A stretch of 64,000 nucleotides of DNA from Candidatus Hydrogenedentota bacterium (GTDB taxonomy: Bacteria; Hydrogenedentota; Hydrogenedentia; Hydrogenedentales; SLHB01). Location of the stretch: NCBI GenBank assembly GCA_963674865.2, contig CAXXYE010000002.1, positions 128,001-192,000 of the forward strand, given 5' to 3'. Within the stretch, counting starts at the first letter, position 1. Every line of letters starts with the position of its first letter. Below the pieces are notes generated by a model. The model made no database searches. It had not been told where the DNA came from and saw only the letters and a program-made list of their open reading frames with translations. A program made the position numbers and the translations under genes. Below are positions 40,985 to 51,200 of this stretch, piece by piece.

Positions 40985-41956
40985 TCATGTCTTACTATGC
41001 GCATCATCGTCCGGCGCGTCTATCAGCGGGAGCGATTCCGACAGCTGCAGGACGGCCCCGGCCTGACTCTGAATGAAGTCGCTCATCGCCGTCTCCTTTA
41101 CCCAATCGGTCCGGATGGCCGATAGCCCGTAATAGGCGCCGGCCAGCTGGTCGTAGACTGCGCCGGTAGTATCAACGTCGTCGCCTAGATTCACCGCCAG
41201 AAGGACCCCTTCCTCAAACGTGCTGCTCTTGAAGAACGCCCAGAGGGCCGCTTCGAGGCAGTCCACAACATAGCCGGAGCCTCTGACCGCCGGCGGGTTG
41301 CGAACCTTGAAACTGCCGTCTGCAATGGCGCCTATCTCCGGACACAGAGGCTGCCTCTCCCAGCCGTCCTCCACAGGACAATACCGGGGGCCAAGGAGGC
41401 GCTCCTTCTCTACACCGTGGGCCGCGCCTACGAGGAGCCCGCCGAAGTACCGGCATGCGTCGATGCATGTGCGGGCAACGTGCGTCGTTCTCGCGCTCTC
41501 ACCTGATTTCTCGACTGCGTGGACGGGGGCGCCCGCGTACGCCAGCGGCACCGGGGCAAGGCGCATGATGCATCCGTTGCCTGCCGAGTAGGTATCGGTG
41601 GGCCCCGGGTAGGCTTCACGGGTGCTCTGGAACGTTCTGAGGGCTTGGCGTACGGTGTTCCCGATATTGAAGCACGTCCCGGTGCAGCTGAGATGCCCTT
41701 CCTTCCACCAGCGGACGTAACGGTCAAGCTGGTCGATGGGGTCGAATCCCCGACGCACAACCAGACTCTCCGCGAGGCAGAGGGCCATGGAGGTGTCGTC
41801 CGTCCATTGTCCGGGCTCCAGCCCAAAAGGCCCGCCACCAAGCATGTCCGCTACCGGTTCGAACGTGCCGAGCTCCTGGAATTCCACTGTGGTGCCGAGC
41901 GCGTCGCCAATGGCTAGTCCGATCAGGCACCCTGCATAATGGTCGAGCAACGTCAT
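40985..41956 (-). CDS. ADP-ribosylglycohydrolase (DraG/ARH family)
   Basis: GLAIGDALG, GQWTDDTSMA, SAGNGCIMRLAP, AVNLGDD.DTTGAV..QLAGA.YG. Confidence 0.93.
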   Translation of the reverse strand: MTLLDHYAGCLIGLAIGDALGTTVEFQELGTFEPVADMLGGGPFGLEPGQWTDDTSMALCLAESLVVRRGFDPIDQLDRYVRWWKEGHLSCTGTCFNIGNTVRQALRTFQSTREAYPGPTDTYSAGNGCIMRLAPVPLAYAGAPVHAVEKSGESARTTHVARTCIDACRYFGGLLVGAAHGVEKERLLGPRYCPVEDGWERQPLCPEIGAIADGSFKVRNPPAVRGSGYVVDCLEAALWAFFKSSTFEEGVLLAVNLGDDVDTTGAVYDQLAGAYYGLSAIRTDWVKETAMSDFIQSQAGAVLQLSESLPLIDAPDDDAHSKT

Positions 41957-42011
41957 ATCCACGCTCTGCGCACCACCGGCTGCTTTATGATCTCGTTGAC
42001 CCTCGCCGGGT

Positions 42012-42653
42012 CTAAGCCTCGAAGGTGTGGGACACCCCATGGATCAGAGCCGGCAAGTCCAATTCGACTGAGATGGACGGCTCCATTTTCCGACGGGGCC
42101 TATATCGGATATCTGAATCCTGAAATGCGCCGACAATGCCCTCCCGGTCCCGCAAACCGAGCGCAAGAGCAGCCTCTACCCGCTGGCGCAGACGGGCATC
42201 TGCCTCCATGGGTATCAGGAACAGCCTCATCGCCCCGAAAAGGCTGTGCACTGCCGCGCTGAGTTCAGGATACCGGGCGAGGAAATCGCCAATTGTGTTC
42301 CGGGAGTCAGAGCGCCACATGCCATCCCAAAGTAACACCTTCTCACCTCTCGAGAACGCTGCCGGCTCCCAGATGCGGTATCGGCCGGTGAGGTAACTCT
42401 CGGCGTGCTCGGAAAGGCGCTCGGTGAAAGAGCGCCCGGTCTCGCCGACATAGTAGACCAGGTAGCCTTCACGATACGGTATCGTCCAAAGATAGATACC
42501 GGCCACGTCCCGGCCCGCATCAAAGACACAGGCCGGGCCCGATGTCCAGGTATAGGGACCGGAGCATTTCAGATGAAGAGACGATGCGGTCATTGTATAG
42601 CCCCAGCGCTGGAACGTCAGGTCGATGACCTGGATCACGCTTAGCATAACCAT
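42012..42653 (-). CDS. GIY-YIG nuclease-like protein
   Basis: GIYLW...YYVGETGRSF.ERL.EH and a later R..VE; start could be at MTASS. Confidence 0.7.
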   Translation of the reverse strand: MVMLSVIQVIDLTFQRWGYTMTASSLHLKCSGPYTWTSGPACVFDAGRDVAGIYLWTIPYREGYLVYYVGETGRSFTERLSEHAESYLTGRYRIWEPAAFSRGEKVLLWDGMWRSDSRNTIGDFLARYPELSAAVHSLFGAMRLFLIPMEADARLRQRVEAALALGLRDREGIVGAFQDSDIRYRPRRKMEPSISVELDLPALIHGVSHTFEA

Positions 42654-43305
42654 GCCGGCAAACGGTTGTCCACAGGGCTGTGTTTTGCTGCGTCTTTGCA
42701 GGCTTCTTCATGGAAAAGTGACGCTAACGCGTGTGGCGTTTACAAGGGCCAGAATCGGGTCGAATATGGGGCAGGCAATGACCCCAGAAACGGCCGTCGC
42801 CTCCCGCGTATGCGGGCGCTGACGACCGATCCCGCTTAAGCTCTTACAAAGAAAGGTTTTGGGCGAGCAGAAACTCCCTTCATTGGGTTGGTTTACTGAC
42901 AACAAATGACTACATCCTTGCGTTGGTCTCTTAATGGGGCAACCATCCTTATGTGGTTCATCTACAGATCAGCCGGCCTACTGTGCGGGAGGGCCGCCGA
43001 ACGGTCGTCCAGCCTGGCGCCAGCCTCTAGATGGCACAGGGTGCACAGACCGGGCACGAAGCAAACCATGCCTCCCTCAACTTCGAGTAGTCGGTGACCT
43101 GGACCTAGAGAAAGGCCCTTTCTTGGCCTGCTTGGGCCTGGCAAACAAAGAAGCACTACGCTCCAGCACGCCCAAGATAACGCTCAAGTGCCTTTAGCAT
43201 AATTACTTAGATGAGCCAACCTCGAGCCTCAGTCGCTGGGTCTTCAGAGGCCTCGCCCTTCGGTCTGACTCTTAGAGGCTTATAGAAGAGCAAGTACTTG
43301 TGCTC

Positions 43306-43393
43306 GCCGGCAAACCTGCCGGCAAAAGCCGACACGACTTGACAAGGCCTGGCAAAATGTTGTAGTCTCGCATTAGCCGGCAAACTTGCCGGC
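43306..43393 (+). promoter_or_regulatory. Probable BREX operon promoter flanked by two 18-bp palindromes
   Basis: TTGACA (43339-44)-18 bp-TAGTCT (43363-68); GCCGGCA-AACC-TGCCGGC (43306-23) and GCCGGCA-AACT-TGCCGGC (43376-93). Confidence 0.65.
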
Positions 43394-43412
43394 GACGGAA
43401 AGGTCTTTTGAA

Positions 43413-44198
43413 ATGCTGAATGTGAGATTCAATCCCGCTAACGCGGACATGGCCTCGGCTCATGAAGCGGGGTTCCGTTTCGGTGACAAAGGCACGCACA
43501 CGAGCCGCACGATGATGCTGGCTGAGGCGACGCACGTCCTGGACGCTAGGCCCATTGACGCTAGGCGAGACGATTACGCCACAGCCATCATTGAGGAGAA
43601 TTGCCTGGGGAAGCCGACGGCCTCCACGCGCCGACTGACCAACCAACGCCTCGGTGAGTTGTACGGCCTGGATCCCGCGATACCTCTGTTCCAGGTATTT
43701 CGGACGCTCTGGGAGAAGGACAGCCGCAGTCGGCCGCAGTTAGCCCTGTTGTGCGTCCTTGCCCGTGACCCGTTGCTGGCTGCAACGACAGATGCCGTCA
43801 TGCAACTCGAACCCGGGTCCGAGTTCCTTCGTGAGCCCATGAGGACGGGCATTCGTTCCGCAGTTGGCGACCGTCTCAATGACAGCACTTTGGATAAGGT
43901 CGTCCGAAACGCCGCGAGTTCGTGGACACAGAGCGGGCACCTTGAAGGCAGAGCGCTCAAGCGCCGCTGCCGCGTCACGCCCACTCCCACCAGCGTTGTG
44001 TTCGCACTCTACCTTGCCTATCAGGTCGGGTTTCGCGGGAAGGACCTCTTCAGTTCCGGGTGGGTTGCCGTGCTGGATTGCAGTGCTTCCCGCGCACAAG
44101 AGTTTGCGCTTGAGGCCAAGCGCCTTGGGCTTATTGACTTTCGTATGGCGGCGGACGTCGTCGAAATCAGTTTCAACCGGCTTGAGCAGCCCGTATAG
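43413..44198 (+). CDS. brxA: BREX protein BrxA-like
   Basis: First gene of the operon; GTHTSRTMML.E, N.LGK.T.STR, LARDPLL, RN.ASSWTQSGHL.GR; position before brxB/brxC. Confidence 0.7.
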   Translation: MLNVRFNPANADMASAHEAGFRFGDKGTHTSRTMMLAEATHVLDARPIDARRDDYATAIIEENCLGKPTASTRRLTNQRLGELYGLDPAIPLFQVFRTLWEKDSRSRPQLALLCVLARDPLLAATTDAVMQLEPGSEFLREPMRTGIRSAVGDRLNDSTLDKVVRNAASSWTQSGHLEGRALKRRCRVTPTPTSVVFALYLAYQVGFRGKDLFSSGWVAVLDCSASRAQEFALEAKRLGLIDFRMAADVVEISFNRLEQPV

Positions 44199-44209
44199 GG
44201 GGAGAGCCT

Positions 44210-44773
44210 ATGTCGCGCATTGAAGAACTGGCAGAACACTACGCGAAGCACATCGCCACGCCCTGGCAACGGACGGTGGCCGGGGCCCAGCGCGTAGTCA
44301 TGATTGTCTACAACAAGGAACTCGAGCGCACGCTAAGGGCTCGAAAGATGGCTTTCGAAAACGCGACGCGGCAGGCCGGCCACGACTGGCATGAAATCGA
44401 CGTCTCGGGTGCCTTCTCCCAATGGATGGCGAACGACGAATACCGCGATGCCTACTTCGAGTCCCCTGAGGATCTGCAGATCAAACTCGATGCCGAGTTT
44501 CCCGAGTTTCTCGCCGACTTGCTTCGTGACACGCTCACCAAGCCTGAAGTAACGGACAAGTCGGTTGTGGCCGTCTTCGGCCTCGGGGCACTGTTTGGAT
44601 TCACGCGTGTGTCCGAGGTATTGAAGCTTGTTGAAGGGGACATCCGGGGGCGACTGGTGCTCTTTTTCCCCGGACAGCTTGAGGGGAACAACTACCGCCT
44701 GCTCGATGCACGCGACGGATGGAACTACCTAGCCGTGCCGATCAGTCAGCATGGAGAAGGAGCCTGGGTATGA
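44210..44773 (+). CDS. brxB: BREX protein BrxB (DUF1788-like)
   Basis: 187 aa; C-terminal GRLVLFFPG...YRLLDARDGWNYLA; overlaps the brxC start (ATGA). Confidence 0.88.
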   Translation: MSRIEELAEHYAKHIATPWQRTVAGAQRVVMIVYNKELERTLRARKMAFENATRQAGHDWHEIDVSGAFSQWMANDEYRDAYFESPEDLQIKLDAEFPEFLADLLRDTLTKPEVTDKSVVAVFGLGALFGFTRVSEVLKLVEGDIRGRLVLFFPGQLEGNNYRLLDARDGWNYLAVPISQHGEGAWV

Positions 44774-47700
44774 AGATCAAGGAAGTACTGCAACGCGACC
44801 CCGCCTCGCACGGCCTTGTGAACCAAGGCCAAGCACGCATCGTCGATGCACGAGGCGACCGTGCCATGAACGAGCTTCGGGGCGAGCTCTCCACGTTCGT
44901 CTGCGAGGGACAATATGCAGACGGTATTCAGCGGATCATCCGCTCGTTCCTCGACGACCTTACGCGAACGAGTCAAAAGGGCGCATGGGTCAGTGGCTTC
45001 TTTGGTAGCGGCAAATCCCACGTGCTCAAGATGCTCTGTCATCTCTGGCAAGACACGGAATTCCCCGACGGTGCCACCGCCCGCAGCCTGGTGCCCGTTA
45101 TGCCCGATGAATTGGTGGCACTCCTCCGCGAACTCGACACGGCAGGCAAGCGGGCCGGCGGTCTTGTTGCCGCGGCGGGGGCGCTTCCGAGCGGGACGAC
45201 GGAGAACGTTCGACTGACTATCCTCGGCATCCTTCTCCAGGCGGTTGGCCTTCCGGCGCAGTATCCACAGGCACAGTTCTGTCTCTGGCTGCATTCCCAG
45301 GGATACTTTGACCGGGTCAAGAGGGACGTCGAAGCCGCAGGTAAGGTCTTCGAACGTGAGCTCAACAACCTCTACGTCAGCGGCCCCATCGCGAAAGCGG
45401 TGATTGCGTGCGACGCCGATTTTGCCAGCAGCGAAGCCGAGGCGCGTAAGACTCTCCGAGCCCAATTCCCACCACAGTCGACGGACATATCGACGGAGGA
45501 GTTCTTGCGGACTGCCAAGGCAGCTCTCCTTCTTGCGGGGCGTGATGGCCGTATGCCGTGCACGGTCCTGGTGCTCGACGAGGTACAGCAGTTCATCGGC
45601 GATTCCACCGACCGCTCCGTCCTCGTCACTGAAGTTGCAGAGGCGGTCTCCAAGCAACTGGACAGTCATGTGATGGTTGTGGCCGCGGGTCAAAGCGCGC
45701 TCACCGACCAGGCCCTGCTCCAAAAGATGCTGGACCGCTTCACCATTCGCGTGCCTCTGTCAGATGCCGAAGTTGAAACGGTTACGCGCAAGGTGCTTCT
45801 CCAGAAGAAGCCGTCAGCGGTTGCGGACGTGCACAAGGTCCTTGATGACCATGCCGGCGAGGTCTCCCGGCACCTTCAGGGCACCAAGATTGCCGAACGC
45901 ACCGAGGACCACAAGGTAATCGCCGAGGACTATCCCCTCCTCCCGGTGCGTCGGCGTTTCTGGGAACAGTGTTTTCGGCAGATTGATGCCGCCGGCACCC
46001 ACAGTCAGCTTCGATCTCAACTCCGTATCATCCACGACGCCGTGGCCAAGTTGTCGGACAAGGCACTCGGCTCAGTCGTGCCGGCCGACGAACTATACGA
46101 GGCTCTGGCGCCGGAGATGATCAACACCGGCGTACTCCTCCGTGAAATCAACGAGCGCATCATCCAATTGGGTGAAAGCGAGGGGAAGCTGGCCCGGCGT
46201 GTGTGTGGACTAGTGTTTCTCATTGGCAAGGTACGCCGGGAGGACACCGGCGACATTGGCGTCCGGGCGTCGAAGGAGCACATTGCCGACCTTCTCGTCG
46301 AGGACCTTACCGCGGACAACGGGAAGCTGCGCGCGGATGTCGAGGAGATCCTCGACAAGCTCACGGCTGACGGTGCCCTTCTGAAAGTCGGTGATGAATA
46401 CCGGCTCCAGACCCGGGAAGGCAGCGAATGGGACCAGGAATTCCGCAACCGGCAGACTAAACTGCGCAACGATGCCGCCTCGATCCAGTTCAAGCACGAC
46501 CAGCTTCTCTATGCCGAACTGGACAAAGCCGTTCGGTCCATCAAGCTGCTTCAGGGCGACGCTAGAGAGGCGCGCACTTTGGCCGTGCATCGCGAACAGA
46601 CTCCACCGCCCAGCGACGGGCAGTCCATTCCGGTGTGGATTCGTGACGGATGGTCTTGCAAGGAAAAGGAACACGTCGACGCCGCAAGAATCGCCGGCGC
46701 GGACAATCCGACCATTTTTGTGTTTGTGCCGCGCCAATCCGCGGACGACCTAAGGCGGCTCATTGTCGAGGCCGCGGCCGCCCAGGAGACGCTCGACACC
46801 AAGGGCAGTCCGACAACGGATGAGGGTCAGGAGGCGCGGCAGAGCATGGAAAGCCGCCGGGCCCGGGCCGTTACGGAGCGTGACCGGCTCATCCAGGCCG
46901 TCGTCGCCAATGCGAAAGTCTTCCAGGGCGGCGGCAACGAAGTCTTCAGTGTTGAGCTTGTAGACAAACTGCGAGAGGCGGCCGAAGCCAGTCTGGTGCG
47001 CTTGTTCCCCCGCTTCAAGGAGGCGGATTCGAAGGCCTGGCCGTCGGTGATCAAACGCGCCAGGGATGGAGCGGAACATCCTTTCGAACCCACCGGCCAC
47101 ACCGACGCCACCGAAAAGCACCCCGTGTGCCAGCAGGTGATAGCCAGCATCGGCGCCGGGAACACGGGCAACGAGATTCGAAAACAGTTGCGGAGCAGCC
47201 CTTTTGGATGGCCGCAGGACGCCATTGACGCGGCGCTCATAGCCCTCCACCGCGTGCAGCACATCAACGCCACGCTGAATGGCGCTCCGGTCGCGCCAGG
47301 GCAACTGGATCAGAACAAGATATCGAAGGCCGAGTTCCGTGTTGAACAGGCCACGCTGTCCGTGCAGGACCGGCTCGTGCTGCGAAAGCTGTACCAGGCG
47401 GCGGGCATGACGTGTAAGAGCGGCGAAGAAGGAACGAAAGCACCCGAGTTCCTGGCCAGAATGCAGGACCTTGCGCGGTCCGCTGGCGGGAGTCCACCCC
47501 TTCCCGCGATCTCCGGCACGACGGACCTGGAGGACATTGAGAAGCTCGTAGGGAATGAACAACTCGTCGCCATCAAGGATAAGGCGAAGAACATCGAACA
47601 ACGCATCAAGCAATGGGCGGAGTTGCGCGACCTGGCGCAGGAGCGGCTGCCGAAATGGGAACTGGCCAATCGTCTGGCGCGGCATGCTCAGGGATTACCG

Positions 47701-48219
47701 GAAGCAGAACCGCATCGGGAACAATTGGATGCGATTCGCGACGGACGCCAATTGCTGGGGGCTTCGGACCCCGTCACGCCCCAGTGTAAGGCGCTTGCGG
47801 ACCTATTGCGGAAGAAGGTGAAGGGGCTCCAGGCCGAGCACGAGAAGGCGCACAAACAGGCCCAGGATACGCTCAAGGCCAATGATTCGTGGCAGCAATT
47901 GGACGCCACTGAAAAGCAGACCGTGCTCGGGGAAGTTGGGCTTTCGGATCCCGCGAAACCCGACGTGTCGAGTGACGACAAACTTGCCGGCCACCTCGAG
48001 ACGAGACCGTTGTCCGCGGCGCAGGCCGAGATTGCAGCCGTGTCGTCGCGCATGAGTCAGGCCATTCAGAAGGCTGCGAAACGTCTCGAGCCCGAAGTGC
48101 AGACCCTTACGCTTGAGAAGGTGACGTTGCGGACAGAGGCGGATGTCGATACGTGGCTGGATCGGCAGAAGAAACGCGTACTGGACGCCCTGAAAAAGGG
48201 CCCCGTGCTGATTGACTGA
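44770..48219 (+). CDS. brxC: BREX P-loop ATPase BrxC
   Basis: WVSGFFGSGKSH Walker A, VLDEVQQFI Walker B, YPLLP, SSPFGWPQDA. Confidence 0.95.
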   Translation: MKIKEVLQRDPASHGLVNQGQARIVDARGDRAMNELRGELSTFVCEGQYADGIQRIIRSFLDDLTRTSQKGAWVSGFFGSGKSHVLKMLCHLWQDTEFPDGATARSLVPVMPDELVALLRELDTAGKRAGGLVAAAGALPSGTTENVRLTILGILLQAVGLPAQYPQAQFCLWLHSQGYFDRVKRDVEAAGKVFERELNNLYVSGPIAKAVIACDADFASSEAEARKTLRAQFPPQSTDISTEEFLRTAKAALLLAGRDGRMPCTVLVLDEVQQFIGDSTDRSVLVTEVAEAVSKQLDSHVMVVAAGQSALTDQALLQKMLDRFTIRVPLSDAEVETVTRKVLLQKKPSAVADVHKVLDDHAGEVSRHLQGTKIAERTEDHKVIAEDYPLLPVRRRFWEQCFRQIDAAGTHSQLRSQLRIIHDAVAKLSDKALGSVVPADELYEALAPEMINTGVLLREINERIIQLGESEGKLARRVCGLVFLIGKVRREDTGDIGVRASKEHIADLLVEDLTADNGKLRADVEEILDKLTADGALLKVGDEYRLQTREGSEWDQEFRNRQTKLRNDAASIQFKHDQLLYAELDKAVRSIKLLQGDAREARTLAVHREQTPPPSDGQSIPVWIRDGWSCKEKEHVDAARIAGADNPTIFVFVPRQSADDLRRLIVEAAAAQETLDTKGSPTTDEGQEARQSMESRRARAVTERDRLIQAVVANAKVFQGGGNEVFSVELVDKLREAAEASLVRLFPRFKEADSKAWPSVIKRARDGAEHPFEPTGHTDATEKHPVCQQVIASIGAGNTGNEIRKQLRSSPFGWPQDAIDAALIALHRVQHINATLNGAPVAPGQLDQNKISKAEFRVEQATLSVQDRLVLRKLYQAAGMTCKSGEEGTKAPEFLARMQDLARSAGGSPPLPAISGTTDLEDIEKLVGNEQLVAIKDKAKNIEQRIKQWAELRDLAQERLPKWELANRLARHAQGLPEAEPHREQLDAIRDGRQLLGASDPVTPQCKALADLLRKKVKGLQAEHEKAHKQAQDTLKANDSWQQLDATEKQTVLGEVGLSDPAKPDVSSDDKLAGHLETRPLSAAQAEIAAVSSRMSQAIQKAAKRLEPEVQTLTLEKVTLRTEADVDTWLDRQKKRVLDALKKGPVLID

Positions 48220-48230
48220 GGGGATCTCTA

Positions 48231-51200
48231 ATGGCATCGCTGGACCGCACACTACGACGACAACTGGAAAACACGGTGAAGCAGGCCAGGCGCGTGGCAG
48301 AGGCCGGTGCGCGGAAGACCCTGGAATCGCTAGCCGTTCACCATCACGAGCCTCATTCGAGTATGTCCTCAGAGCAAAGGGCGTTGCGGAACCGGCTGCG
48401 CGCCCATGGCCGTCAACTGGGCGACCGCCGCGACGAGCGGCGCGGTACTCAAAGCATAGACCGCCTCGTCGGCGAGTGCGCGTACGAGCACTGGCACCGC
48501 ATGCTTTTTGCCCGGTTTCTCGCCGAGAACGATCTGCTCATCGAACCGGAGAGTGGTGTTGCTATCACGCTGGAAGAGTGCCGGGAACTGGCGCGTGACC
48601 AGGCTCTGGATTGGCTAGAACTCGCCAGTAGCTATGCCGTCCGCATGCTGCAAGAGGTCTTCCGGGCCGATGACCCCGTGCTCGAAGTAGTGTTGGCGCT
48701 TGAGACCCGGTCGGAACTTGAGGACTTGCTGAAGTCGCTGCCAAGTGACGTTTTCCTCGCCGATGACAGCCTCGGCTGGTGTTATCAATTCTGGCAGGCG
48801 GAACGTAAGGACGAAGTCAACGCCTCCGGTAACAAGATCGGCGCGGAAGAACTGCCAGCAGTCACGCAGTTGTTCACCGAAGATTACATGGTGGACTTCT
48901 TGCTCGATAACACACTCGGTGCATGGCACGCGGGCAAGGTTCTCACCGCTAAGCCCGCGCTGGCCGAGACGGCACAGGGCGAGGAGGAACTTCGTGACGC
49001 CGCGGCACTGCCTGGATGTCCGTGGAAGTACTTGCGTTTCATCAAAGGCGAGGATGGCAAGTGGACTCCCGCATCCGGCACCTTCGAAGGTTGGCCAAAG
49101 CTAACGCACGAACTCAAGTGCCTCGACCCGTGCATGGGCAGCGGGCATTTTGTCGTGGCGATGTTTCAAAGATTGGTGGCATTGCGCCTGGGGGAGGAAA
49201 GCCTGGACGAAGCGGCGGCGGTGGCGGCGGTGATCAACGACAACCTGTTCGGTTTGGAGATTGACCCGCGCTGCACACAGATTGGCGCGTTCAACTTGGC
49301 GCTGGCGGCGTGGCGGCGCGTGGGGTATCACCGATTGCCCGCGATGAAAATCGCATGTTCGGGCATCGCACCAAACGCCAAGCGCGAGGATTGGCTGGAA
49401 CTAACCGAAGAAGCGCCCAATCTGCGCTTTCAGATGGGCGCGCTATACGACCTGTTTGGGAAAGCCCCCATCCTCGGAAGCCTAATTAATCCGAGCGTTG
49501 ACGAGGCCGTAACTTACGGCGGCGCACTACGTGATCTCAAGCCACTTCTGGAAAAGGCGAAATTGCAGGAGACCAAGGATGACACCGAGCATGAAATGGC
49601 TGTGACCGCGCACGGCTTGTTCAAGGCGGCCGAGATTCTCTCCGGCCAGTTTACGCTCGTCACTACCAATGTCCCTTACTTGGGACGTAGAAAGCAGGAT
49701 CAAGTATTGCAGGACTACTGTGATCGAGCTTATGAAGAAGCCAAAGCAGACCTTGCAACATGCTTTGTCCGACGTTGCTTGGAATTTTGTGCCTCAAACG
49801 GTAGCGCGGCACTAGTAACACCCCAGAACTGGCTGTTTCTCAAGACTTACCAGAAGCTCCGGAAGAATCTCTTAAATCAGGCTAAATGGGATTATATTGC
49901 TCGGCTTGGCCCAAAGTGCTTTAAGACTCCGATGTGGGACTTCAACGTAGCGCTCTTGTCACTCACTGCAGATGAGCCACGGGACGAAGACAGGTACTCA
50001 GGAATTGACGTCGGAACAGAAAAGAACCCAGCCCTAAAGGCGAAGAGTCTGGAGTCCAAAACTCCTATCAGTGTCCTGCAAAAGGACCAGCTAAACAACC
50101 CAGACTCTCGGATAACGCTGGGTGAGAATGTAGAAACTGCTCTATTAAAAGTCGTCGCCGGTTCGACCGCAGGAATGTTGACCGGAGATGGAAATCATTT
50201 CTGCCGGAGTTTTTGGGAACCGATCGAGATTTCGCCGAATTGGGAGTTTCTGCAAAGCACGGTAAGCAAATCTATCCTGTGTGGGGGGCGTTCTCAATTG
50301 GTTCTCTGGGAAAATGGCAAGGGCCAGCTCTATGAGTATGCGGAGAGCGTCAAACACCTCAATACAGCCGTTCAAAGATGGCGCACCGGTCAAGAAGTTT
50401 GGGGGAAATGCGGCGTGGTTGTCAGTTGTATGGGGGGGTTGGATTGCACTTTGTATCAAGGAGATCGTTATGACAACAATGTGGGGGTCATCGTTCCATT
50501 CGAGCAATCACACTTGCCAGCTATTTGGGCCTTCTGCTCGTCCCCGCAGTTCGCAATTGAACTAAGACGTATCGATCAAAAAGTAAATGTCACGGCGGCT
50601 ACATTTGTCAAGGTCCCATTCGACCTTGCTCATTGGCAGAAAGTAGCAACCGAGCAATATCCAAATGGTCTCGCCGAACCATACTCCAACGATCCGACAC
50701 AGTGGGTATTCCACGGCCACCCCTGCGCCAGTGTGCTTTGGAACGAAGAGAAAAAACACATCGAGGTAGCCTCTACTCCTCGCACGGACGTGGCCGTGCT
50801 GCAAGTAGCCGTGGCGCGGTTGCTGGGTTACCGCTGGCCGGCGGAGAAGGACGGCGAGATGCGATTGTCGGCTGAGTCACGCAAGTTGGTGGCCCGGTGC
50901 ACGGAGTTACACCACTTCGCGGACGCCGATGGTATCGTGTGCCTGAGCCCCATCCACAAGGAACATCCCGCCTCTCAACGGTTGACTGAACTTCTTGCCG
51001 CAACCTACGGCGAGGATTGGTCCGCCGCCCGGCTCAATGAACTCCTCGCCGCCGCGGACTGCAAAGGCAAGACCCTCGACGACTGGTTGCGGGACAAGTC
51101 TTTCGAACAGCACGTCGGCCTTTTCCACCACCGTCCCTTCATTTGGCACATCTGGGACGGACTCCTCGACGGCTTCAATGCGCTGGTGAATTACCACAAG

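Noticed and set aside
40985..41956. ADP-ribosylglycohydrolase as a decaying pseudogene (odd residues such as DDVDT, YDQLAG)
   Set aside because: The frame and the metal-binding TDD and DxDT motifs are intact; the deviation cannot be judged without an alignment.
42660..43300. Hidden regulator gene (BrxR/WYL or HTH) upstream of brxA
   Set aside because: Only short ORFs without recognisable motifs were found in this gap.
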